A DNA stretch of 64,000 nucleotides from Corallochytrium limacisporum Hawaii (Eukaryota > Protista > Pluriformea), in NCBI GenBank assembly GCA_002811645.1, contig PDIP01000258.1, positions 1-64,000 on the forward strand, written 5' to 3'. How positions within the stretch are numbered: the stretch's first letter is position 1; each line of letters starts with the position of its first letter. A program made the position numbers and the translations under genes. Below the pieces are notes generated by a model. It had not been told where the DNA came from. It ran no database searches and saw nothing but the letters and a program-made list of their open reading frames with translations. This document shows positions 42,164 to 52,709 of the stretch, piece after piece.

Positions 42164-42919
42164 ATGGCCAAGGGTACGAACGGCATGCGGCGTCGCGCGG
42201 CAAAGGATACAAGCAGCGAAGGCGAGTTCGTGAACAAGCCTGCCAGTCCCACCCAGGTCAAGAATCCAATCATTAAGTGGGATGTGAAGCTGACTCATGA
42301 CATCTACGTCTATACCCCTGATTGGTTCAAGAAAGTAGGACATGTGCTGGAATTCACCTGCCACGGCGTGCCATGGCTTGTCTTCTCAGTAGGGGGTCTT
42401 GGATGGAGCATCTACAAGCAGAATCAAATTAATGTACATCTGTTTTGGTGCCTGACGTTGTTGCTCATATACGACCTACTTCTGCTGCTCGTGCTCAAGG
42501 TCGTCTTCCGTCGCACTCGGCCTGAGCACCATGTCGATGACATGTACCTGACAGTTTCTGTGGATCTGTTCTCTTTCCCTTCGGGACATTCTAGTCGTGC
42601 TGCCTTCTTGGCCTGTTTCGCACAGCATTACCTTTGGCACACCCTGGGACCCATAGGCATCGCCGTGGTGTGGACATGGGCGCTGACGACTGGTTTCTCT
42701 CGCATAGTCATCGGCCGTCACCATGTCATCGACGTCTGCGTGGGACTCCTGTGTGGTGTTGGTATGTTCTACGCTGCTGTACAATTCGACCACTTGAAGC
42801 TGAGCCACGCCGAGAGCAATCTGCAGTCCTTGAACGCGTCCATGGAGTTCCTCATGGACCCTGCGACGATGATCGACAAACTGAAGGCGTCAGACATCGC
42901 CTTCAACCTTCCATTTTAA
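42164..42919 (+). CDS. PLPP6: PAP2 polyisoprenoid diphosphate phosphatase PLPP6/7-like
   Basis: LEFTCHGVPW, KVVFRRTRP (C1), DMYLTVSVDLFSFPSGHSSRA (C2), SRIVIGRHHVIDV (C3). ATG at 42164. Confidence 0.82.
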   Translation: MAKGTNGMRRRAAKDTSSEGEFVNKPASPTQVKNPIIKWDVKLTHDIYVYTPDWFKKVGHVLEFTCHGVPWLVFSVGGLGWSIYKQNQINVHLFWCLTLLLIYDLLLLLVLKVVFRRTRPEHHVDDMYLTVSVDLFSFPSGHSSRAAFLACFAQHYLWHTLGPIGIAVVWTWALTTGFSRIVIGRHHVIDVCVGLLCGVGMFYAAVQFDHLKLSHAESNLQSLNASMEFLMDPATMIDKLKASDIAFNLPF

Positions 42920-43476
42920 GTAAAGAGTAGCCGTTGCGTTCCAAGGCATAGTCAGTTGTGAGGATGCTAAGGTCTCACAGAGTACATGTGGCCTACTACG
43001 CGTTATCCAATGATCATGATAAAGAAAGAGACAGCAAGTCAGGGAACTACCGCCCATTCCCCCCCCCCCCCCGGGAGGGCGCGGGCCGCTTGCTGATTTT
43101 CATATTTGTCCTTGTCTTGTGTTCAAGTTTACTCAAGTGGTTCCTTTCCATCCGAATCTGGTCGTGGATTGCGCTGGGGGCGATCCATGCGCATTGCCGA
43201 CGAGGATTGGTGGGGTGGCTAACGGAGCCCCGTGGAGGCCTTCATCCGCTGCCAGCAACGCAAGTGTGCCTGGTATAAATGGATGGACTATTTCAGAGAG
43301 GCCTTGGACTCGCATTTCCCTCTTCGTAATTGTAAGAGATACTTGAGTTCGAGAAACCAGTGCATTGCTCATGTTGCATACCGAATTGACGATAGTATGA
43401 CTAAAAGACGGTTCTGCATGTACGATAACCTGGAAATCAATTGAGTTTGCGCACAAAGTCTGAGGAGGCGAAGAAT

Positions 43477-45369
43477 ATGATGGAGAGTCACGCAGCCCGT
43501 TTGGAGGCAGCATCTGTGTTCTCATATCCAGGCAAGAATCTTGGCAAGATTATTTCTGAGACGAATGTTCTGGTAGTGGGTGCAGGGGGCATTGGATGCG
43601 AACTGCTGAAGAATCTCGCGCTGGCTGGCTTCCCTAGCATATCTGTCATAGACTTGGACACCATTGAATTAAGCAATCTTAATCGTCAGTTCCTATTCAG
43701 GCGAGAACACGTTGGTCAGGCGAAGGCAGTGGTGGCAGCTGAGGCCATCAGACAGATGAACCCAGCACTGAAAGTCACCGCTTACCACGCTGATATCCTC
43801 AGCCGTGACTTTGACGTCGGCTTCTTTCGGAAGCACCAGATCGTGCTAAATGCTCTGGATAACATCAAAGCTCGGAATCACGTCAATCGCATGTGTCTAC
43901 AATCTGGTGTTCCGCTCGTTGAGTCTGGCACGCGTGGGTATTCGGGACAAGTGAAGGACATAATCAAGGGTCGCACACCGTGCCAGGAATGCAATCCGCC
44001 AGCACCGCAGAAAACATTCCCTGTCTGTACTATCCGCAACACTCCAACTCAGCCGGTTCATTGCCTGGTCTGGGCCAAGTTTTTGTTTGGTCAGATGTTC
44101 GGACCCGAAGATGATGACCACGATGTCAGCCCAGACATGGACGATCCCGAACTCCAGCAGGATAATGTGGACGGTGCAACTGAGAACGCACCCACACAAC
44201 CAACGACGACAGCGGAAACTGCGGAACAGAACGGTAACCCCAACGGGGAGGAAGAAAGTCACAAGCGATCGAACTTCCGTGCGTGGGTTGAAAACGTAGA
44301 ATATGACGCTGCTTCTGTGTTCCAACGCCTGTACAAGACAGACGTTGAAACCTTGCTCGGTATGACGGGACTGTGGCGCACCAGAAAGAAGCCCGAGCTT
44401 TTGCCGGTCGAGGATTGGCTGCAGAGCAAGGACGATCAACTGCAAAGGGTTGTGGACACTGTAAAACCGAGTGGTCAGTACTGTGCTCAGCTCTTCCTGG
44501 ACTCGTGCAAACAACTGCGGGAACGAATGCTGCAGGCGCCTAGAAATCAGTTGGAGTGGGACAAGGACGACGATTTGGGCATGGATTTTGTCTTTGCCGC
44601 ATCTAATCTGCGCTCCTTGGTATACCACATTCCAGTGAAGAGCCGTTTCGATTGCAAGAGCATTGCAGGTAACATTGTGCCTGCCATTGCCACTACAAAC
44701 GCGATCTGCGCCGGTCTGATCATGATTGAGGCCCTCAAAGTTCTGCAGAATCAGACCGATGCACTGCGTATGACGTATATTTCAGAGAATGCCAGCGGGA
44801 AAATTCTCATTCCATCGCAACATGACTCGCCGAACCCACATTGCTACATTTGCTCATCAACTACGCCGCAGCTGTTCCTCGGACTGCGTCTGGATCTGGT
44901 TACCGTCACTTACCTGCGTGACACCATCCTCAAGAATGCCATTCATATGGCCCACCCTGACGAGATTACAGCGGGATCGAGCATCCTCTTTGATGCCGAC
45001 GAAGAGATCACTGAAGCTAACTTGAACAAGACGCTCGCTGAACTGGGCGTCCAGCACGGCGATACCCTCGAGATCACCGACTCTCACCAGAATGTGGAAC
45101 TGCGCGTCGTAGTGGATGCTAGAGCTGAGGATTTAGATGCAGAGAAAATGTACGTTGTGCAATCTCAGCAAGGAGAGTTAAAGAATGGTGGTGGTGACAT
45201 GGCCGATGGTACGGCGACAACGGGTGACAGGACGGAGGGTACTGCTACGGCTGGTGCTGCTGCGGAGGACGACGAGATTGTGATGGTAGTCGATGACGAT
45301 GACCTGATCATTATCGAGGATGAAGAACCCGGACTCGAACCGGACGCCAAACGCGCAAAGCATTCGTGA
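43477..45369 (+). CDS. UBA2: SUMO-activating enzyme subunit 2
   Basis: VLVVGAGGIGCELLKNL, SNLNRQFLF, NALDN..ARNHVNRMC, KTFPVCTIRNTP (catalytic Cys), AGNIVPAIATTNA, PNPHCYIC; C-terminal SIM-like and NLS-like tail. Confidence 0.95.
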   Translation: MMESHAARLEAASVFSYPGKNLGKIISETNVLVVGAGGIGCELLKNLALAGFPSISVIDLDTIELSNLNRQFLFRREHVGQAKAVVAAEAIRQMNPALKVTAYHADILSRDFDVGFFRKHQIVLNALDNIKARNHVNRMCLQSGVPLVESGTRGYSGQVKDIIKGRTPCQECNPPAPQKTFPVCTIRNTPTQPVHCLVWAKFLFGQMFGPEDDDHDVSPDMDDPELQQDNVDGATENAPTQPTTTAETAEQNGNPNGEEESHKRSNFRAWVENVEYDAASVFQRLYKTDVETLLGMTGLWRTRKKPELLPVEDWLQSKDDQLQRVVDTVKPSGQYCAQLFLDSCKQLRERMLQAPRNQLEWDKDDDLGMDFVFAASNLRSLVYHIPVKSRFDCKSIAGNIVPAIATTNAICAGLIMIEALKVLQNQTDALRMTYISENASGKILIPSQHDSPNPHCYICSSTTPQLFLGLRLDLVTVTYLRDTILKNAIHMAHPDEITAGSSILFDADEEITEANLNKTLAELGVQHGDTLEITDSHQNVELRVVVDARAEDLDAEKMYVVQSQQGELKNGGGDMADGTATTGDRTEGTATAGAAAEDDEIVMVVDDDDLIIIEDEEPGLEPDAKRAKHS

Positions 45370-45448
45370 ATTCAAGAAGAACATAGCATGTAAGAACATA
45401 AGAGTTAAACCGAGGATGCTTCGTATGGCGATGAGTTTAATCAGTTAA

Positions 45449-45777
45449 CTAGGAATGAATTTCTTGTGCTCTAACGTTCAAACGGCATACGTGTACGGAC
45501 TTCTTTTCTTTCTTGCCGTTCAGCCAGGAAGTTTGCATGTGATTGGAATTCCTCCGTGCTCCTCAAGAGTGTACTCGTCTTCCAGGAGCGGAGCCGTGAC
45601 CGGAGACACATGGATTCTCAATGGTTCACCATTGCTCTCCACACGACTCGCCGTGTTCTCAGTGTCCCCGAAGAAACAGTAGCACGGCATTTTGTTGCCC
45701 ACAACACCAGCCAGACAGGAGCCAGAGTGCATACCAATTCGTAATTGCATCACATCCTCCTCCTGGTCCCACATATC
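45449..45777 (-). pseudogene. class III nucleotidyl (guanylate) cyclase catalytic-domain fragment
   Basis: [56 protein letters not shown], then a frameshift where KGKG is expected, then [10 protein letters not shown]-terminal half absent. Confidence 0.8.
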
Positions 45778-46033
45778 AATTCAGTCAGTCACTGTCGCTT
45801 TCTCTGGCACGAGACGGCTTTTCTTTCCTCCGATCAATTTATGTCCCAATCTCCCCAAACAGGATCACACTAAGGCGCTCTAGCTCATAAACTTGTCAAG
45901 GTGCCCTCTGAGCAAACTGGGTCGTCTGGCATGGAAATTATTGACTTGATGACTGGCCATAATGATAACACTTACGACAAAATATAATGGAATTCTCTTA
46001 GTATTCACAAAACGCGACCATCGGTATACGTGC

Positions 46034-47275
46034 CTAAATGTAGAATGGCAGATCCAAGTTGAGAATCTTGCCTGTGCTTAGCTCTGGTCTCTGGTTCAGC
46101 CTGCTCTGCCGACTCATGACCACATTATGCATTTCGTGAATCAATTGGCGCAAAGTTACTCCCGGATATTTCTTCTCGATTACGTCGATGAAGCTGTACG
46201 TCATTGCTCCAGTATGCACACTGCCGCTTAATCCCTTAGTGTCCGCCGAAGTCTGGTCCGATCCACACGCACTAACGAGGACCACATCCGCCTGCGTGGG
46301 TCTGTGGGGGTTTGTGACCTGCTGCCTACGGCCTCTCTTTCGGCGACCACCGCCGAGCAACATGTCGATAGGACTTAGAGGCTGCTGTGCACTGGGATCG
46401 TTTTTGAACGGTTGGTATTCGTACGGCAGATCCATACCCGTACCACTGTGGCAGCAGTCCATAACGCAGAACAAACGGGCACCTGCGGGCAGGGCGTCAG
46501 CCATGTATCGCTTGAGGTCATCATCGATAATGTGGCCAGCGCGTTCATAGTCCAACGGAACAATCGTTTCGTCCATGCCATCAGCTTCGTCACCATCCAG
46601 GTCCTTGACCTGAGACCCGTGCCCGGAGTAGCTGAAGAAGAGAGAGTCGCCTGGCTTGGCATCACCGACAAGCCAGCGGATTCCTTGCATAATGTTGGCA
46701 CGGGTTGGTTGCAAGGTGGGATTCTGCTGATCATCTGTCATGAAAAGAATCTGGTTCTCTTGGAAATTGAGCTTGGACGTCAACAAGTACTTCAAACATC
46801 GTGCGTCATTGATGCAGCCATTCAAGCGCAGTCGGGAATTATTGAGATAGTTGATTCCCACTATGAAAGCCCTGCGTTTACCCTTGACCTGATGCGCACT
46901 AGGCTGGCCTGCAGCATTGGGCGGCGCCGCGTGTTGTGGGGCCGCGTGCTGTGGCGGGGGTGCTCCTGGATGCGGCGGAGGAGGTGGATGCTGGCCCCAA
47001 CCGGGCTGTGGCGGAGGATGGTACGGTGCCCGTGACTGCTGGTAGTATGGATTAGCATTCCAGTTCTGACTAGGGGGTCCATAAGGGTTCTGCCCTGGAG
47101 GAACGCCGCCTCCGGGTCCGTAAGGATTGACTCCCGGTGGCGGTGGTGCTCCTGGATAAGGTGGCTGTGCCACACCGTACGGATTTTGTCCCGGAGGCGG
47201 GTAGCCTCCGCCTGGAGGTGGGTAGCCGCCACCAGGAGGCGGAAAGCCGCCGCCTGGACCGTAGGGGTTTGCCAT
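46034..47275 (-). CDS. MCA1: type I metacaspase with Pro/Gly/Gln/Tyr-rich prodomain
   Basis: RRAFIVGINY, LNGCINDA, FSYSGHG (His), DGMDETIVPLD, MDCCHSGTGMDLPY (Cys), DQTSAD, GAMTYSF. Confidence 0.95.
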   Translation of the reverse strand: MANPYGPGGGFPPPGGGYPPPGGGYPPPGQNPYGVAQPPYPGAPPPPGVNPYGPGGGVPPGQNPYGPPSQNWNANPYYQQSRAPYHPPPQPGWGQHPPPPPHPGAPPPQHAAPQHAAPPNAAGQPSAHQVKGKRRAFIVGINYLNNSRLRLNGCINDARCLKYLLTSKLNFQENQILFMTDDQQNPTLQPTRANIMQGIRWLVGDAKPGDSLFFSYSGHGSQVKDLDGDEADGMDETIVPLDYERAGHIIDDDLKRYMADALPAGARLFCVMDCCHSGTGMDLPYEYQPFKNDPSAQQPLSPIDMLLGGGRRKRGRRQQVTNPHRPTQADVVLVSACGSDQTSADTKGLSGSVHTGAMTYSFIDVIEKKYPGVTLRQLIHEMHNVVMSRQSRLNQRPELSTGKILNLDLPFYI

Positions 47276-48771
47276 GGTATCTGTATGCTATGTGGATTGC
47301 CTATCGCTAGCAAATTTCTTAGGCCTAAGGGATTAAACACACATGCGCCATTGTTGATAATGGAAAAAAAGGATTGTTAATAGCTTTCCATGGTCCTTCC
47401 TTAGTATCATCTGTCCTGCACTGACCTCCATCTATTGGTGTCCGTTTTTGGATGATTCTGCCAGCCCCTGGAATTGGCCGGGCAAAGGTTGTGCTCAAAT
47501 CGAAACTGATGCCTGCTCCCTAATTCTGGTGGCTTTTTCCTTTAGCAGTTGGAGTGCCGAACATTTTCGTTAGCCTTATGGATCCTCCTGCCAATAGTAT
47601 AGAAAATCTACTTTCAAGCTCGCTCGTCCAACTAAGGAAGAGAGAGTGGTAGGTACGTCTTCGCTTGTTGGGGGAGGGGGGGGGGGCCCGGCGCGAGCTC
47701 ACAACTGTGAAATCGAGATCAATCTTTCCTCGTTGATTTCAAACTTTAGACGTGCCAGAGGTTTACCAGGGGGGTTTACCTGCTGGTGCACGTATGTCCT
47801 TTATAGATTGTCTGCCTGGGAACAAGACTCGGGCATGCACGTTCCGAGAAGTAGACATGAAACAGACCACAGAACTGGTAGGTATCATAACATACGTAGC
47901 CAGACACGGAGGTAGATACGTCAGTTGCGGATGCAAGGCAGGCTAAGATGTGTGTGTGTGTTGACTTTGAGATTGCACACGGGCGTTGGATGCATCTGGT
48001 AATTCTCTGGTGACGCCCTCCTGATTCAAGCCCCAGCGGCCGATGTGTGTCGATGAGGATGCTGCTGTATGCTTGACACTCCTGTATCAGACTATCTCAA
48101 TGTACTAATGATGCCATCATCAGGCTATTGCTATGACGGCAAGGCAACACAGGGTCGTAGTGTGGGTGATCAGAAATCGGCGGTGGCTCCTAGTACGATG
48201 GAAATCTCCAACCCAACCGTTGGCAACTGGGGTATCAGCCAAGGGAGAAAAAAAAGGAGTTTGAGAAGGAACGAAACCAGCTTGAAACAAGGGAGAGGGG
48301 GGGGCTAGAGGGGTACGGGGGCACGCTGTGCGATTACTCCCGCGGCTCCCCTCGATACCTTGTGGCTAGAGAAGTAATTCAACTGGCTTCTCACTTTGGT
48401 TTTTTTCTTTTCTTCGATTGACCACTCTGTACCCTAAGTACGCCCTGCCGAAAGCGAATCGACCGTATGAACGGGTCAAATACGCTGGAACATAGCAATC
48501 ATTGAAAACCGCACGCTATGCATAATGTATGCACATTATCACCCCAACAACAAGATTGGTGGTGCTTTGTCAAGTGGTTTCTGTTGGTTGCGACCCGCCG
48601 AAGGTAGCAACATCACCAGAATTCGTGGCCATTCGTGCAATCACACTCGGACTCGTTTGCATCCCTTCATTAAGGAAATGGTTGGATTGAAACGGTAGGG
48701 AAAAAAAGGGAAGGGGGGGAGGGAGAGGAACTCTCTTGTCCCCCTTTCCCCCTCTCCCCCCCCCCCCCACC

Positions 48772-48886
48772 NNNNNNNNNNNNNNNNNNNNNNNNNNNNN
48801 NNNNNNNNNNNNNNNNNNNNNNNNNNNNNNNNNNNNNNNNNNNNNNNNNNNNNNNNNNNNNNNNNNNNNNNNNNNNNNNNNNNNNN
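48772..48886. other. assembly gap (N run) between long C homopolymers
   Basis: 115 Ns flanked on both sides by C runs. Confidence 0.95.
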
Positions 48887-50714
48887 CTTCCCCCCCCCCC
48901 CCCCCCCCCCAACCGGGCAGTACACACACCCGTCCGAACGGGCCGCGGTGACTAGAGTACACCTCCATCTCTATAGTAAATGTAGCAATATTCTCCGTCA
49001 CTGTGGCACGCCAACGATCTCAGTTGCACACCCATCCTGGAAAGTCCGTTCCGTTCGAAGGCATTCCGTCCCGACTTCGCTGCAGGCACCAACTTTTCCA
49101 ACGTCTTTCCTGCTTGAATGCTTGCCTGCTTGTTAACGATACTCAAATTCATGTCATTGTCGCCTCATCACAACGAGAAGCATGCAAACAATTTAGAGAC
49201 ACCCCCGCAAGCGAGATAAAAGCGGACATGTATTAAAGCACGGAACGAAGTCTGACCACCGAAGTTTTGACAAACGAAGGCATGGCAAGACGGAGGTAAA
49301 GTTTGTTGGTATGTGTTTGTCACAACGTGATTGAAAAGTGTCCAACATAGCGACTAATGCAGTTACCTTCCTGTGATTGGTACGTATCGAAATGCCGATA
49401 GATCCATTGTTGAAGGGCAGCTTGCTGAACGGCTCACACACATGCGCCCGATCGTGAATTCCAAAGAGTGTTTCTTAGCATAGATTCCATTTCAAGGTAC
49501 ACTTTGTTGGCCCCAGCATGCTCAATTTATGTTATCGGTTTCTAGCGACGCTCAAGAAGCCGCCAAGCAAAGCCATACCATACCCTATGATACCTGCCAA
49601 TCTGCGTCATGTCTGTTGTATTCCAAACGCCCAGCACCACGCTAGAAGCCTGTGCAATGCCGATGCCAAGGGGCCTACCTGGTCAGGGCAACAGATCAAC
49701 GTCCTTTGGAAAAGAACAGCAAGCATGCATACAACTCTAGGGGCTAAACTCCGGTCTCCGGAACAACAATATTCACCACACTTTGGCCTTTACCAAACTG
49801 AGCACTGGGGAGTACCCCTCCGTAACTCATACCCTGGACAGATTTTTTCCTTCTCGTTCCACAGTTCGGCTGGTCCCAGCTGGAATGTACTCCCCAGAAA
49901 GGTCTTGCACCAAATCTGGCTTGAACAATATTTCGAACACGGGCGATCATACGTACCGGACATCGGTAGAATGATATGGAAACGAGAAACGCAATCCTAA
50001 ACCTGGAGCTTAGAAACTCTCAAAGTCTTTTTTACTCTTCGCGTTGCCTAAGTAAAAACTAGTTGTGGTTGTCTTCCGGTTTCTGCTGTGGGATGCCTAA
50101 GGTATACTCTTGCCGTGTGGGTCACAGTTCCCGCTTGGGGCTCCTGGTTGGCCGGTCACTGGTCGCTCTCCCGTTCTGATACTCTCCCCAGATCCCCAGA
50201 TCCCCACCTAAGCGCACTGTTTCCAGGCGGCTTGCTCAACGAAAACGACTGTTGCCCCTCCCTCCTCTCCGCCGCGCAGGTGGGGACTACGGGACAATCG
50301 GCAATGGACCCGTTTCTCCATTGTTAGGAGTCAAATGAGGGAGGGAGCACGTCGTTCTTTCCGGCGGTTGGCGCGGTGCCACTCCCCCGCTCCTGTTGTA
50401 ATTCTTAGTACATTCACTATATACCAAGTGAGACCCAAGTGGATGGGTACGGGTCTCCGAAGTTACTTCCTATCTCGGATGACGATTTGCGAGTCTGTTG
50501 GTGGTTTGGGCCTTACCTGGAGTACTGCTTTTGAACGGCCTGATATCCAAAGACTTTCGCTTCTTTTTGTGCAGCTTTGTGATTTCGAGTTGCGACATGT
50601 GAATGGTTGCCAGCACCCACTTGTTGTTTGGGAAGAATAGTGAGATACAAACGCGTCGCCATCGGAGGCAAAGGTACAAGAGAAACTGAATGTGTATGCA
50701 TTGACTTTGGGCAG

Positions 50715-52169
50715 ATGAATCAATCCAATAGTCCGATAACGATACAGGACAAGGACGAAAGCAGCCGTAGGAACTCTCAAATTGTGACCATGAGATCCAC
50801 GAAAGCAATGTGGCGGTCATGTGCCAACAGCCGACGGGCACAGGCCTTGGCACTAGTAGTGGTTTGCGTCTTGTTCCTCATTTACACAACCGTTTCGAAC
50901 AACTCAATGTACAATCCAGCTGATTCCTGGAAAGAGACATGGAGAAACACCATGGAGAGGAAAGGTCCACTGATTACTCCAGTTACAGAGACCACTGTGT
51001 GGGACCGCATTCTGGCTCGACAGACTAATGTTAATACCAACTATATGAGCCATGCCGTTCTACAGCAAGAGATTAACAACTTACACCACAATTTCAAGGT
51101 CTACACTTACGTACTTGAACCGTTTGGTGATCTCCGCTTAGTGAATACTCAGTGCGGCATAAATGCAGGGAATAACAAAGGCTATGGTTTGGAACGGCAC
51201 ATGGCCAAGGTCCTGCAACAGCGTGGTCCCTTCACTACCTCGGACCCTAAGGACGCAGACATGTACTACGTTCCTTTGCTACCCTGCGTGGCACGATGGG
51301 AGCTTCGTTGGAAGGGTATCCACCGCGATGACTATGAAAAGAATGTCGAATTTGCAAAAGAATACCTCAAGCGTGGCTTCTCCCATGTCATGACGGATTT
51401 CCCGTTTTGGTCTCGCACCGATGGAAAAGATCACTTTTGGACCTCATCTCATGACGGCGGTATTACCCGAGCGGAGCTAGCTCCGGCCAGTGCCACTGAT
51501 AACCCTGTAATCATAGTCAATTCCGCTGATGAAACACGCGGCTTTGATCCGTGTAAAGACATCTCAGGAATACCAAACATTGATTTCGCCAGGCCCAACG
51601 TTGGCCGAGGCGGAGATGGCCTCACACAAGAACGGAATCGCCTAGCATTTTTCGCGGGAAATCTGCAGAATGTCCAGCTGCGCAAAAATTTTGCCCATCT
51701 TTTCAGTGACCATCCTCAGTTTGACGTCTTCCAAGGCCGTCTGGCGGAGGAAGAGTACACTGACCACCTGGCAACTCACACATTCTGCATTCATATGCGT
51801 GGCCACCAGGTTTGGAGCCCGCGCGTTATAGAGTACCTTTGGTTTGGATGTATACCTGTCATCCTTAGTGATGACTACCATCTTCCCCTTGGTAACATAC
51901 TGGACTGGCGTGAGTTTGCTGTGATCCTTTGTGAGGATGATATGCCTCATCTCAGTGAGATCCTGGAAAGTATATCCGAAGACCAGATCAGCAAGATGCA
52001 GAACCGCCTGAAGGAGGTGTGGGAATATTTCGTCTATCATCAGGAAGCTACGCCGGGCGACGCGACCTGGATGACCATTTTGCAGCTGTATCAACGGTAC
52101 CGCGGTACATTGGAATGCTCCAAGAGTGTCCGCGAACTTGCGGGATGTGCAGCCCGTCCACTCCGCTAG
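50715..52169 (+). CDS. exostosin-family glycosyltransferase (GT47), type II membrane protein
   Basis: TM anchor ALALVVVCVLFLIY, FKVYTY, TSDPKDADMYYVP, FWSRTDGKDHF..HDGG, LAFFAG, WSPRVIEYLWFGCIPVILSDDYHLP..LDW. First ATG at 50715. Confidence 0.9.
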   Translation: MNQSNSPITIQDKDESSRRNSQIVTMRSTKAMWRSCANSRRAQALALVVVCVLFLIYTTVSNNSMYNPADSWKETWRNTMERKGPLITPVTETTVWDRILARQTNVNTNYMSHAVLQQEINNLHHNFKVYTYVLEPFGDLRLVNTQCGINAGNNKGYGLERHMAKVLQQRGPFTTSDPKDADMYYVPLLPCVARWELRWKGIHRDDYEKNVEFAKEYLKRGFSHVMTDFPFWSRTDGKDHFWTSSHDGGITRAELAPASATDNPVIIVNSADETRGFDPCKDISGIPNIDFARPNVGRGGDGLTQERNRLAFFAGNLQNVQLRKNFAHLFSDHPQFDVFQGRLAEEEYTDHLATHTFCIHMRGHQVWSPRVIEYLWFGCIPVILSDDYHLPLGNILDWREFAVILCEDDMPHLSEILESISEDQISKMQNRLKEVWEYFVYHQEATPGDATWMTILQLYQRYRGTLECSKSVRELAGCAARPLR

Positions 52170-52529
52170 ATAAGCCACCGTGGACCCCATCAAAGATCAT
52201 GAGCGCAACAAGTGAAGACTCTGACTCAAGGGAGCGTCCGTCAGTGGTGCTAATGAACGAATGCGTATCAGTTCAAGTAATGCTCTTCGGCTTTGCCCTG
52301 TTCATCATACCCCATCATCGTGATTTCATTACATTTCCCTAGATACGATCCGTTTTAGAACATAAGTCACCAAGTAAGTGATAAGCACAAGAGGCAAGAG
52401 TGGATACGATGGGAAAAAATGGACTATGTATTGATTCTATTATAAAACTCATGACCTGCATGAGGTATTCACCAAATGACCGGCATTGATGACTTTTCGT
52501 ATACTACAATTGGATTTTGATCCGAGAGT

Positions 52530-52709
52530 TCACATGCTCTTCGAAGGAGCAGTTGCAGTGGTGGACTGTCCCCGGACGGCACCCATGGGAAGCTTAGCAA
52601 TCTTTGTGTAACCCGGGTTCTCCTTGAGGAACTGCCGTGACCGCAGAGCCTTGGTCATGACAAACTGGGGAGAGTGGCGGACAAGACGAGTGGCAGCAGT
52701 AGGCAGCAT
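52530..52709 (-). CDS. 59-aa small basic protein, possibly mitochondrial
   Basis: ACAAAATG start context; MLPTAATRLVRHSPQFVMTKALRSRQFLKENPGYTKIAKLPMGAVRGQSTTATAPSKSM*; codon choice similar to neighbouring genes. One residue below the 60-aa minimum seen in the ORF track. Confidence 0.55.
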   Translation of the reverse strand: MLPTAATRLVRHSPQFVMTKALRSRQFLKENPGYTKIAKLPMGAVRGQSTTATAPSKSM

